Part shown: in pieces, positions 54,855-64,000 of the stretch
Layout of the letters: each line of letters starts with the position of its first letter
Numbering within the stretch: the first letter of the stretch is position 1
Assembly (NCBI GenBank): GCA_037130655.1
Contig: JBAXSP010000002.1
Coordinates: 77,125 to 141,124, forward strand
Reading direction: 5' to 3'
DNA length: 64,000 nt
Source of the DNA: a bacterium
GTDB lineage: Bacteria > Patescibacteriota > Minisyncoccia > Phycocordibacterales > UBA9973
Translations under genes and position numbers: made by a program
Notes under the pieces: generated by a model
Database searches by the model: none
The model's input: only the letters and a program-made list of their open reading frames with translations
What the model was told of the DNA's origin: nothing

Positions 54855-56165
54855 TTAATTTGATGCACCGAGTAATCCTTGTGCACGGATCACTGCTTCA
54901 CTGATTTTCATCCGACCAGTAATTACTCCATTTATCATATCACGAAAGACCGCATCACTTTGTGCAGGACTTGGATCAAACCAAGTCTTTGATATCAATG
55001 CTTGTTCGTAAAAGAGTGTTGTATACCCTTTGACGTCTGACGTATCCGCAATAACACTGCGGTGCACCGGAGAGAGTGTATAGATACTGTCGAGCAATTT
55101 TGTTGTATCAGGGTCAGCAAAAAGTGTCATCACTTTTGTTGCACCTGTTGGATTGATGGCATTTTTGACCTGTGACATAACATACAAACGCGCAAAGGTT
55201 GTTTTGGTTCCAGTGTTTTTGATTTGTGGCATCATTGTTGGTGCAAAATTGAGATTTGGATTTCGTTCTCGTAAATTGAGTAGCTCACTTGCAAAACCAA
55301 CATAGTACGCCAAATCTCCTGCAAGAAATGCTTCTCGAGAGTTCGCCAATGAACGATTCCATGTATATAGATCGTCATACGGATTTGCGAAGCGTGTATA
55401 AAAAGAAATAATCGATTCGGCAATTGATGCACCATTTGCGTCAGTTGCATACGCCAAATTTGGTTTGTATGTGTATCCATCATTTGAAACAACTCGTTCG
55501 ACAATCGGATTTCCTGCTTGCAATAGTAGTGTCGAAATCAATGCTTTTGCGTTTGAAACATTGTCATACAATCCGATACCGAAAGCCGCACGAGTGATTG
55601 TCGTACCAATTGTTTTGATTCTTATTTTTTCAACATATGAAGCTGCATCATCCCAATATTGTATTGGTTGCGCAAAACCAGCATCAGACAAAATATCTCG
55701 ATTGTAGTACAAAACAAGCGGATCACTTCCGACAGGAATACCGAGCAGTCCACCATTTGTAAGTAATCCTTCAGCAAGCTCTATATAGGTTTGCTTGAAA
55801 GCACTTTCTGGAAATGTCGCATATGGAACGGGGGTAATTCTCGATTCTAGTGTAGTCAAAATATCACTTGGAAACAAAATAACATCTGGCTGATTGTTGT
55901 CAGCCAAAGCCTCTGTCAACATATCTTTGAATTGGTCTGGTGCAATTTGTATATAACGCAATGTTAGTGTTTTGTCTTTTTTAGATAGAGCATCAGCGAT
56001 TTGACCAAAGTCACCTTGTGGCAATGTTCCCCAAACAACAACTGCACCTGTCTCGGGTGCTTTACTTGAACTACTTGGGCTCGGAATAAAACCAGAAAAC
56101 ATCATGACTGCTACAATCAATGCAACTCCGCAAACAATAGAAAGAATTATTTGAAAACGATTCAT
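54855..56165 (-). CDS. extracellular solute-binding protein (ABC-transporter SBP family 1-like)
   Basis: Signal anchor plus two-lobed SBP-like length and composition. No ABC permease or ATPase genes adjacent. Confidence 0.55.
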   Translation of the reverse strand: MNRFQIILSIVCGVALIVAVMMFSGFIPSPSSSSKAPETGAVVVWGTLPQGDFGQIADALSKKDKTLTLRYIQIAPDQFKDMLTEALADNNQPDVILFPSDILTTLESRITPVPYATFPESAFKQTYIELAEGLLTNGGLLGIPVGSDPLVLYYNRDILSDAGFAQPIQYWDDAASYVEKIRIKTIGTTITRAAFGIGLYDNVSNAKALISTLLLQAGNPIVERVVSNDGYTYKPNLAYATDANGASIAESIISFYTRFANPYDDLYTWNRSLANSREAFLAGDLAYYVGFASELLNLRERNPNLNFAPTMMPQIKNTGTKTTFARLYVMSQVKNAINPTGATKVMTLFADPDTTKLLDSIYTLSPVHRSVIADTSDVKGYTTLFYEQALISKTWFDPSPAQSDAVFRDMINGVITGRMKISEAVIRAQGLLGASN

Positions 56166-56166
56166 A

Positions 56167-56691
56167 TTATATAGAAAAAATTATACCATAGTGATGCGAA
56201 CCGGCATTAATAGAACTCTGTCGATGAAACTGATGTTTTACAAAAAGTGTTTCTGTTTGTGATAGTGTCATAACATCTTCTGGTTTTGGACCAAGTCCAC
56301 CAAATGAACTTGTCCAATCTACTACAACTACTCTTCCTCCTGGTTTCAAGATACGAGCAATTTCCTTGAGTGCTGTTTCTTTGTCTCTCAACTGGAACAA
56401 AATGTTCGCCAAAATCACCACGTCAACAGAATGTTTTGCCATCTTTGTACCGTTTAGTCGTTCAACATCACCCCACAGCACTTCAACATTATTCAAATGT
56501 AATTTTTGTGCATCGTTTGCAAGACGTACAAGTAAATCTTTCTGCACATCGAGTGCATACACCCTACCATTTGTTCCGATTCTTTTTGCACACGCAAAAC
56601 TATATGCACCAACTCCTGCACCAACATCAAGCACCACAGCACCAGGAGTAATTCCAGCTTGAGAAATAATTGTATCGGGATTAGAAAACAT
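56167..56691 (-). CDS. class I SAM-dependent methyltransferase
   Basis: Motif I VLDVGAGVGAYS. Confidence 0.75.
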   Translation of the reverse strand: MFSNPDTIISQAGITPGAVVLDVGAGVGAYSFACAKRIGTNGRVYALDVQKDLLVRLANDAQKLHLNNVEVLWGDVERLNGTKMAKHSVDVVILANILFQLRDKETALKEIARILKPGGRVVVVDWTSSFGGLGPKPEDVMTLSQTETLFVKHQFHRQSSINAGSHHYGIIFSI

Positions 56692-56734
56692 ATATAAAGT
56701 ATAGTCTATAAAGTCGAAAGTCGAAAGTTATAAA

Positions 56735-56768
56735 GTAAAAGAGCGAAAGGCTTCGCCTTTCGCTCTTT
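56735..56768. terminator. bidirectional terminator
   Basis: aaaagagcgaaaggcttcgcctttcgctcttttt. Confidence 0.7.
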
Positions 56769-57033
56769 TTATTTTTTATTTAGAATCATCTTTATTTATC
56801 TTACTAACGTAATTACACCAAGAACAAACAGTATATCCTAAAACGAAACTAATTATATAACCTATCAAAATTTTATTTTCCATATATTTTTATTAGAACT
56901 TATTTTAAAATTAGATTTCATTAAAAACTTCAGATACGAGGCGTCGAGGCGGAAAAATGTGAGACGTAGATGTGCTACGTTGAATGTTTTTCCGCCGAAG
57001 ACAACGAAGTAGCTGGAGGAATTTAATAAAATC

Positions 57034-59499
57034 TTACAAACAAGTTAGAGAGGCGATAGAATCCCCTTCGCGCAACTTCATAATATGAACACCTTGCGTA
57101 TCTCGTCCACTTGTTGGCAATGATGCAAGTTCTACACGAATGATTTGTCCTTTTTGAGAAACCGCAATCAATTCACTTTGATCAGTGATTACTTTTGCAA
57201 CAATCAACGAGCCAGTCTTTGCTGTTAGCTTTGCCGTCTTAATACCAGAACCACCACGATTTTGAATCTTGTATTCTTTGAGTGATGTTTTCTTTCCGAG
57301 ACCATTTGCAGTCATGACAAGCAAAGTACCTTCTTTTTCATCTTTCTTGACCGCATCAACACCAATGACAGAGTCTCCTTTGCCAAGCTTGATTGCGCGC
57401 ACACCACCTGCTGCTCGTCCCATTTCACGAACATCATCTTCTGCAAAACGGATTGACTGACCAAGTTGCGTTGCAATCATAATAGTGTCCCCTTTTTCTA
57501 CAGAGAGTACGTCTACCAACTCATCATCTTTTGCAAGTTTAATAGAAATAATTCCACTACGACGTACATCTTTGAAACTTTCTGCAGAGACTTTCTTGAT
57601 ATCACCTTGCTTGGTAATGAGTGCAAGCTGAGACATACTTCCTTTCTTATCTTTTGAAATTGGCAAGATTGAAGTCACTCGTTCATCTCCAGTGAGTGAC
57701 AAGAAATTCATAATAGATTTACCTTTGGTTGCACGCTTTCCTTCTGGAATATCGTACATTTTGATTTGATACGCCTTGCCGAGATTGGTGAAGAAGAGCA
57801 AATCACTGTGCGTGTTTGCATTGATAAGCATTGTCACAAAATCTTCTTCTTTTGGTTCGATATCAATGACACCGACACCGCCACGTTTTTGTGTACGGTA
57901 TTCAGACGGATCAGTACGCTTCACGTAGCCACCTTTGGTGTACACCAATACTGATTCTTTTTCTGGAATCAAATCTTCTTCATTCATTGATTTGAGTCCA
58001 CCCTTCACAATCTTTGTTCGACGGTCATCACCGTATTTTTCTTTTGCTTCGAGCATTTCATCTGAAATAACTTTCAACATTTTCTTTTTGTTTGCAAGCA
58101 ATGCTTCGCATTCAGCGATGAATGCTTGTTTTTCTTTGAGTTCAAGTTCAACAGCCTTTCGTTCAAGACCAGCCAATTTTTGCAAACGCATTTCCAAAAT
58201 CGCAATGGTTTGCAATTCTGAGAATTTGAATTCTTTCATCAAATTTACTTTTGCAATTGCAGCATCTTTTGATTCACGAATGATAGTAATCACACGATCG
58301 ATATGATCAAGTGCTTTTTTCAAACCAAGCAAAATATGTTCACGCTCTTTTGCTTTTTGTAAATCAAATTCTGTGCGACGACGAACAACAATTTGTCGAT
58401 GAGAAATAAACTCAGACAACACTGATTTGAGTGACAATGTCTGTGGAACTCCATCAACGATTGCAACCACGTTGTAGTGGAAGGTAGATTCGAGTTGTGT
58501 GTGTTTATATAAATAGTTGAGGACTTTTTGCGGATGAGCACCGTTCTTCAAATCAATCACCACACGAATATCATTGGTTGATTCATCGCGAATATCTTTG
58601 ATACCTTCGATTTTCTTTTCTTGAATCAATTCAACAATTGAAATAATCAAATTTGATTTGTTTACACGAAATGGAATTGAAGAAATAATAATTTGGAAAG
58701 AGCCACTTTTTGTTTCGACAATTTCAGCTACTCCACGAGTAACAACTCCTCCACGCCCTGTTGCATATGCATGTAAAATATCTGTTTTGTTGTATGCAAT
58801 TCCACCAGTTGGAAAATCTGGACCTTGGACAAATTCTGCCAAATCTTCAGTTGTCGCATCTGGGTTTTCAATAAGGTGAATCGTCGCATCAACAACTTCT
58901 CCCAAATTGTGTGGAGGAATGTTTGTTGCCATACCAACAGCAATACCCAATGTTCCATTGAGCAACAAGTTCGGCAATCCTGCAGGCAAAACAGTTGGTT
59001 CTTTTTTACTGCCATCATAGTTCGGGCGGAAGTCTACCGTATTCTTTTCTAGATCACGGAGCATTTCACTCGAGATTTTTGACATGCGAGCTTCGGTATA
59101 ACGCATCGCCGCAGCATTATCTCCATCGATAGAACCGAAGTTTCCTTGTCCAATAATGAGTGGATAACGAGTTGAGAAATCTTGCGCCAAGTTAACCATT
59201 GAGTCATACACTGCAACGTCGCCGTGTGGGTGATATTTTCCGAGCACATCTCCGACTACCGCAGCACTTTTTCGAGATTTTGCAGACGCAGTCAATCCCA
59301 TCTCATGCATAGCGTACAAAATACGTCGGTGCACCGGCTTCAATCCGTCACGTACATCAGGAAGTGCACGCTCGGTAATCACACTCATCGCGTAGTCGAT
59401 GTATGATGTTTTCATTTCATCAACAACGTTCACTGATACCACGTTGATGTGTGGCTTGATTGGTTCTGTTTGTTCAGTTGTATTTTTCTTTGCAGGCAT
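57034..59499 (-). CDS. gyrA: DNA gyrase subunit A
   Basis: [28 protein letters not shown] (active-site Tyr region) and C-terminal beta-pinwheel repeats. Confidence 0.95.
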   Translation of the reverse strand: MPAKKNTTEQTEPIKPHINVVSVNVVDEMKTSYIDYAMSVITERALPDVRDGLKPVHRRILYAMHEMGLTASAKSRKSAAVVGDVLGKYHPHGDVAVYDSMVNLAQDFSTRYPLIIGQGNFGSIDGDNAAAMRYTEARMSKISSEMLRDLEKNTVDFRPNYDGSKKEPTVLPAGLPNLLLNGTLGIAVGMATNIPPHNLGEVVDATIHLIENPDATTEDLAEFVQGPDFPTGGIAYNKTDILHAYATGRGGVVTRGVAEIVETKSGSFQIIISSIPFRVNKSNLIISIVELIQEKKIEGIKDIRDESTNDIRVVIDLKNGAHPQKVLNYLYKHTQLESTFHYNVVAIVDGVPQTLSLKSVLSEFISHRQIVVRRRTEFDLQKAKEREHILLGLKKALDHIDRVITIIRESKDAAIAKVNLMKEFKFSELQTIAILEMRLQKLAGLERKAVELELKEKQAFIAECEALLANKKKMLKVISDEMLEAKEKYGDDRRTKIVKGGLKSMNEEDLIPEKESVLVYTKGGYVKRTDPSEYRTQKRGGVGVIDIEPKEEDFVTMLINANTHSDLLFFTNLGKAYQIKMYDIPEGKRATKGKSIMNFLSLTGDERVTSILPISKDKKGSMSQLALITKQGDIKKVSAESFKDVRRSGIISIKLAKDDELVDVLSVEKGDTIMIATQLGQSIRFAEDDVREMGRAAGGVRAIKLGKGDSVIGVDAVKKDEKEGTLLVMTANGLGKKTSLKEYKIQNRGGSGIKTAKLTAKTGSLIVAKVITDQSELIAVSQKGQIIRVELASLPTSGRDTQGVHIMKLREGDSIASLTCL

Positions 59500-59503
59500 A
59501 TTT

Positions 59504-59740
59504 TTATTTCTTTAAATTAGCTATTCCAGTACTGACCGAATCAACCACATCACCGACACTTGCAGAAAGAGCTGAGAATGGTGTTTTGAAATCTGGATAA
59601 TTTACCACCTTTCGAGAGAATCCGAATGAAATCATAATCCATACTATCAACATCACCACACCGAAACCAATGGCTATATTTCGAGCGATTGCTCGTTTTT
59701 TTTCGTATGTTTGATTTTTGAGATGGTTTAAAAAAATCAT
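59504..59740 (-). CDS. small membrane protein
   Basis: Single TM. Immediately downstream of gyrA. Confidence 0.35.
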   Translation of the reverse strand: MIFLNHLKNQTYEKKRAIARNIAIGFGVVMLIVWIMISFGFSRKVVNYPDFKTPFSALSASVGDVVDSVSTGIANLKK

Positions 59741-59752
59741 ACTATTTATATA

Positions 59753-60385
59753 TTACTCACTAATAACAATCACCGCACCCTGTCGTTCGAGTACATCTTT
59801 GCGCTTCAAGGTTAGTTTATCAACTTTTTCAGCTTTTTCTTGCCCTGTTTCTTTTAGGAAATTTGTTAGTGCGTCTTTTTCTTGATCGTTCCCATAATCC
59901 ATTGGAATAGCAATACGTGACTCAAGTGCTACAGAAATTTTTGCAGCATCCTTGAAACCAATAATATCTTTGCCTCCAATTGGAACAAAAAGAAGATCTG
60001 GACTATTTAATAGTTCTGTTGCTTCACTTGAAAGCTTGGTTGCAGTAAGCGCTCCCAAGAAAACGATTCGAATACCGTCGAGCTCAAAAGTATACATCGT
60101 ATTGAAATGTGTCTTCCCGTCTAATATCGCTGGCATACTAACCCCTTCAAATAGGAGACCTTTGACCTCATATGAACCTGGTCCGTCGATAATAAATGGT
60201 TCTTTTTCGCCATAAAAAAATGATTCTCCTCCGTTGAAATCTTTTGTGTGTGTACTTGAAAGGACAATATCTGCCCCAAATTTAGAGATTGCAAATTTCG
60301 AATCTTTTGCTGGTGGATTGAGCACAATAGTCAAATCACCTTGTGTTATTTTGAAACATTGTTTGCCGAGATATGAAATTACCAT
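59753..60385 (-). CDS. MBL-fold metallo-hydrolase
   Basis: ~210-aa beta-lactamase-fold pattern (TH..D..GG. ... D.L..P.GG). Confidence 0.6.
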   Translation of the reverse strand: MVISYLGKQCFKITQGDLTIVLNPPAKDSKFAISKFGADIVLSSTHTKDFNGGESFFYGEKEPFIIDGPGSYEVKGLLFEGVSMPAILDGKTHFNTMYTFELDGIRIVFLGALTATKLSSEATELLNSPDLLFVPIGGKDIIGFKDAAKISVALESRIAIPMDYGNDQEKDALTNFLKETGQEKAEKVDKLTLKRKDVLERQGAVIVISE

Positions 60386-60496
60386 AGCTTCATTATATCA
60401 TAATTTGAGCAATACCAATATTGACCCGTATCAAAATGTTGGGATAAATATGCATAAAAAAAATGGCCCTAAGGACCATTTATCGAGATGATTTTT

Positions 60497-60985
60497 TTAA
60501 TTAATAGAAACAAGACAAAATCTATGTTTGTAAAAATCTTTGGCAATATTTCCGTTTTCGAAAAAAAAGTCCATTTCAGCACCACTATATTGAATAGCAT
60601 TGCTCTCATAACCGAAATAAGGAGATGTAAACTGAACATCATACAGTCGAACCGATGCCCAAAAATACAAACTATATTTAACCTCTTCTTTAAGTTTGGT
60701 TACAAACATATCTATACAAGGCTTCATTTCAGTTCCTTTTTGATACAAAGGGGCGTGAATCAAAAATTGACCCAAAAATTGATTGACTGCGCTGTCTCCA
60801 TAAGACATAAGAAATCGATAATATCGCTCTAGTGCCTCGGACAGTTCTGGTTTCTCATAATCAACAAGAAATCTAATGTTGCCTAATACTTTATCCAAAG
60901 TCATGTCGGGAAGATCTTTTAATTTCATAGTAATACTATTTAGTTTATCCAAAAACACTATACAACAAAAACAGAATAAAAGCAA
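60497..60985 (-). CDS. hypothetical protein
   Basis: ORF only. Confidence 0.4.
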   Translation of the reverse strand: MLLFCFCCIVFLDKLNSITMKLKDLPDMTLDKVLGNIRFLVDYEKPELSEALERYYRFLMSYGDSAVNQFLGQFLIHAPLYQKGTEMKPCIDMFVTKLKEEVKYSLYFWASVRLYDVQFTSPYFGYESNAIQYSGAEMDFFFENGNIAKDFYKHRFCLVSIN

Positions 60986-61163
60986 TACATTCTGTTGCCT
61001 TTTTCTGTGGACATGCTATAGTAGTCCCATTACAAGGTCACCGGTGTCATAACCCTCATTTCCCCTTTCTGATTCATAACAAATGAGAAGTCATCGGAAC
61101 CGCTTTGGCGGTATTTTTTATTTCCTGATAAGGAAATAAAAAAAGACAAAAAATTTTTATAAT

Positions 61164-62213
61164 ATGAAAACATACGTAGACAAAATTACAGATAAGCCAG
61201 TCATCGAATCTATCATCGAAGGATCAGTGCTTTCTATCAAGAAAGCCAATGTCTTCATCGATTTGGGAACATTTGGTACTGGTATCATCTATGGAAAAGA
61301 ATTCCAAAATGCTCGCGACATTATCAAAAAGATAAATGTTGGAGATTCAATCAAAGCAAAAGTTGTTGATATTGAAAACGAAGATGGATACATCGAACTT
61401 TCTCTCAAAGAAGCAAAACAAGCATTGATCTGGAGTGAAGCAGAAAAGATGATCAAAACAAAAACACCGATTGAAGTAACTATCAAAGAAGCAAACAAGG
61501 GTGGATTGATCATTGACTGGCAAGGAATCTCAGGTTTCCTCCCAGCATCACAATTGAAACCAGAACACTACCCTCGTGTTGAAGATTCAGACAAAGATAA
61601 AATCTTGAAAGAATTGAAGAAAATCGTTGGTAAGAAAATCAATGTTATTATCATCTCTGCGCTTTCAAAAGAAGGTAAATTGATCTTCTCAGAAAAAGAC
61701 GGAAACAGTGAAGAACGTCAAGAAATTGTTGGAAAATACACCATTGGTGACGAAGTAAACTGTGAAGTTGCAGGATTGGTAGACTTCGGTGTCTTCTTGA
61801 AAATCGAAGAAGGACTTGAAGGATTGGTACACATTTCTGAAATTGATTGGGGTCTAGTAGACGATACACGATCACGATTCAAACTCGGTGACAAAGTGAA
61901 AGCAAAAATCATCGAAATCAAAGATGGAAAAATCTCTCTTTCAATCAAAGCACTTAAGGAAAATCCATGGAATGCATTCGACGGTAAATTGAAAAAAGGT
62001 GATGCTATCGAAGGAGTTGTAATCAAATACAACAAACACGGAGCACTTGTTTCAATCGCTGAAGGTGTAGCAGGACTCGTTCACAACTCTTCATACGGAG
62101 GAGAAGACAAACTAAGAACTGCACTTTCTCTTGGAAAGACATACAAATTCACTGTTACTCTTTTTGAACCAAAAGAACAAAAGATGACATTGGTACCAGC
62201 TGAACAAGCATAA
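61164..62213 (+). CDS. rpsA: 30S ribosomal protein S1 (short, 4 S1 domains)
   Basis: Repeated S1-domain GxxVxGxV...G.FV pattern. Confidence 0.8.
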   Translation: MKTYVDKITDKPVIESIIEGSVLSIKKANVFIDLGTFGTGIIYGKEFQNARDIIKKINVGDSIKAKVVDIENEDGYIELSLKEAKQALIWSEAEKMIKTKTPIEVTIKEANKGGLIIDWQGISGFLPASQLKPEHYPRVEDSDKDKILKELKKIVGKKINVIIISALSKEGKLIFSEKDGNSEERQEIVGKYTIGDEVNCEVAGLVDFGVFLKIEEGLEGLVHISEIDWGLVDDTRSRFKLGDKVKAKIIEIKDGKISLSIKALKENPWNAFDGKLKKGDAIEGVVIKYNKHGALVSIAEGVAGLVHNSSYGGEDKLRTALSLGKTYKFTVTLFEPKEQKMTLVPAEQA

Positions 62214-62225
62214 AGAAAAATAAAA

Positions 62226-62249
62226 AAATGACGACATTAAGTCGTCATT
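62226..62249 (+). terminator. rho-independent terminator
   Basis: aatgacgacattaagtcgtcatttttt. Confidence 0.7.
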
Positions 62250-62315
62250 TTTTGTGTTTATAATATTAAATAAAAAAAACGCACCATTACTTGATGCGTT
62301 TTTAAGAATACAAAA

Positions 62316-63044
62316 CTATTTACTTTCTATCAGTTTAATTTCTTGTTCCAAACTTTCTTTAAGAACATCTAAGTCCTCATAAAAATCTTTCTCACTAAAA
62401 CTGTTATAGGCACTTATATATTGCCTCCCCCCAAAACTCATTGCTGGTTTACCTTGTTTAAAATTATCACCAACAGAACGAACTGAATCTGGATTATCAT
62501 AATTACTTACACCAAGAAATCTAAAACCACCTGTTCCACTTATCTCCCATACATACAACTTATGATTCTGACAGATGAACTTATGATCAGTGATATATTC
62601 TTCGTTTTTATTCTCCGGTTTATGCCCGATTACATTTGTAAGTTTTTCTATGTTTTCATACATCACCATTCCTCCAGAGGTATTATTGGATTTATAATAA
62701 AAATTATCAGCAGAATCTACTTCCCAATGACTTTTCGGTGCAGTTTTACCGACTTCTCCCAGATTGTGCTCTTTTACTTTTGCAATAAGCACGTTCGACA
62801 AACTATCAAGTTGGTGGACTTTCTCTTTTAAAGAATCAACTTGTTCGTTTGTAATAGAAATATTGTGAGTAGAACAAACGAGTTTTTCTTTTTGCTGAGC
62901 TTCTGCTACTCCAAATGTGAGCAAAAACAGCGTACTAGCAAGCTTAAATTTTTTAAGTGACTTTCGAAAAAATTCCATTGACAGAAATTGGTCTTTCTCT
63001 GATTCTTGATTGTTTTCTGTTATTGTTTGATTAAAATTTTCCAT
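62316..63044 (-). CDS. hypothetical secreted protein
   Basis: Signal peptide (LASTLFLLTFGVAEA). Confidence 0.45.
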   Translation of the reverse strand: MENFNQTITENNQESEKDQFLSMEFFRKSLKKFKLASTLFLLTFGVAEAQQKEKLVCSTHNISITNEQVDSLKEKVHQLDSLSNVLIAKVKEHNLGEVGKTAPKSHWEVDSADNFYYKSNNTSGGMVMYENIEKLTNVIGHKPENKNEEYITDHKFICQNHKLYVWEISGTGGFRFLGVSNYDNPDSVRSVGDNFKQGKPAMSFGGRQYISAYNSFSEKDFYEDLDVLKESLEQEIKLIESK

Positions 63045-63147
63045 ACTGTTATAGAGTTAGATTAATTTGTTAAGAAATATCCCCATCAAGTATAAAATAA
63101 ACAGACACTTTGTACAAACTTACAGGAATGATTGAAATCCCATAAAA

Positions 63148-63714
63148 CTAATTGAACTTCCCCATTGTCTTTTCTTTCCCATTCACAATCAATGATTCAA
63201 TCACCTTCCCAACAGTTGGAGCAATATCTTTTTTGATTTTCTCCATTTCATCTTTTGAAAAACTTCCCAGAACATCCGGTTTTCGCAAAATAGTATTTTC
63301 ATCAAGTAGTGACACACCGATTCGTATTCGCAAAAAGGCTTTTGATTCGAGTACTCCAACAATCGATTTGATACCATTATGCCCCCCATCTCCTCTGTCA
63401 TATGAAATCCGAATCGTACCGAGCGGTAAATCAATATCATCATGCACAACAACCAATGATTCAGCGGACAGTTGATGTTCTTTGATTAAAAAAGGAAGCA
63501 CATCACCAGAATTATTCATAAACGTTGTCGGTTTGATAAACAATACATCGCTTCCACCCGATACATCATTTGCAAGAAAAGCTTTTGCGTATTTATTTTC
63601 TGTCCAATCATTACCTGCAAGCATATCAAAAATAATCCATGCAACATTGTGCCGAGTGTTTTTGTATTCGTCTCCAATGTTTCCGAGTCCCAATAAAAAC
63701 AATCTAAAATTCAT
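63148..63714 (-). CDS. pth: peptidyl-tRNA hydrolase
   Basis: LLGLGNIGDEYKNTRHNVAW ... HDD ... GGHNGIKS. Confidence 0.9.
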   Translation of the reverse strand: MNFRLFLLGLGNIGDEYKNTRHNVAWIIFDMLAGNDWTENKYAKAFLANDVSGGSDVLFIKPTTFMNNSGDVLPFLIKEHQLSAESLVVVHDDIDLPLGTIRISYDRGDGGHNGIKSIVGVLESKAFLRIRIGVSLLDENTILRKPDVLGSFSKDEMEKIKKDIAPTVGKVIESLIVNGKEKTMGKFN

Positions 63715-63788
63715 AAGTCCATTTTAACACAAACAGCACAGAAGAGATATTTGTGTCAATGTAGACTATTGTTGTACAATAGCGTCAC

Positions 63789-64000
63789 ATGGAACAAAAC
63801 ATTGAAAAAACAACAGAAACTGAGGTCGTTACCCAAAAAGAATCTTGGTTAGATATCCTCAAATTTGTTATTACAGTACTAGCAATTGTCATTCCTATTC
63901 GCGTTTTTGTTGCTCAACCTTTTCTCGTTGATGGACTTTCAATGCACCCAACACTTACCAATCATGACTATTTGATTGTCGATGAAATCTCCTACTATCT
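63789..64000 (+). CDS. lepB: signal peptidase I (N-terminal part; runs off the right edge)
   Basis: TM followed by the Ser box VDGLSMHPTL. Confidence 0.7.
   Translation, partial: MEQNIEKTTETEVVTQKESWLDILKFVITVLAIVIPIRVFVAQPFLVDGLSMHPTLTNHDYLIVDEISYY

Overview
This is a low-GC (~35%) bacterial segment of small, densely packed genes. Ribosome and translation factor proteins are short (infB, rpsA, a 52-aa rpmG), and there are many tiny membrane or secreted hypotheticals. I infer a reduced CPR/Patescibacteria-like lineage from this; the inference was not verified. The window contains about 65 protein genes and 8 tRNAs (Gln, Leu-CAA, Trp, Tyr, Cys, Leu-TAA, Leu-TAG, Lys). Housekeeping genes supported by motifs are msrA, msrB, bcp, def, serS, dprA, topA, parB, miaA, clpB, infB, rbfA, gyrA, rpsA, pth, dnaX and dus, with a partial lepB at the right edge. 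Four things stand out. (1) A complete LexA repressor (wHTH, Ala-Gly cleavage site, Ser/Lys S24 dyad) is fused in one ORF to a C5-cytosine DNA methyltransferase, with a convergent 187-aa candidate restriction endonuclease. (2) A 697-aa UG/Abi-like reverse transcriptase with a large non-RT C-terminal domain sits next to tRNA-Gln and a GIY-YIG nuclease. (3) Two families of ~100-175-nt structured repeats (7 and 2 copies) show compensatory stem changes. Six of the nine lie immediately 3' of tRNA genes, in antisense orientation, with tails that mimic the T-loop and acceptor 3' strand of that particular tRNA. Some are bounded by 19-20-nt direct repeats of the tRNA 3' end, and four tRNAs have their 3' ends buried in 50-60-nt perfect hairpins. 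(4) A tandem array of five paralogous small 2-TM pilin-like proteins lies next to a solute-binding protein. No CRISPR array or rRNA gene is present. Several ORF-track entries are antisense or overlap tRNAs and were rejected.
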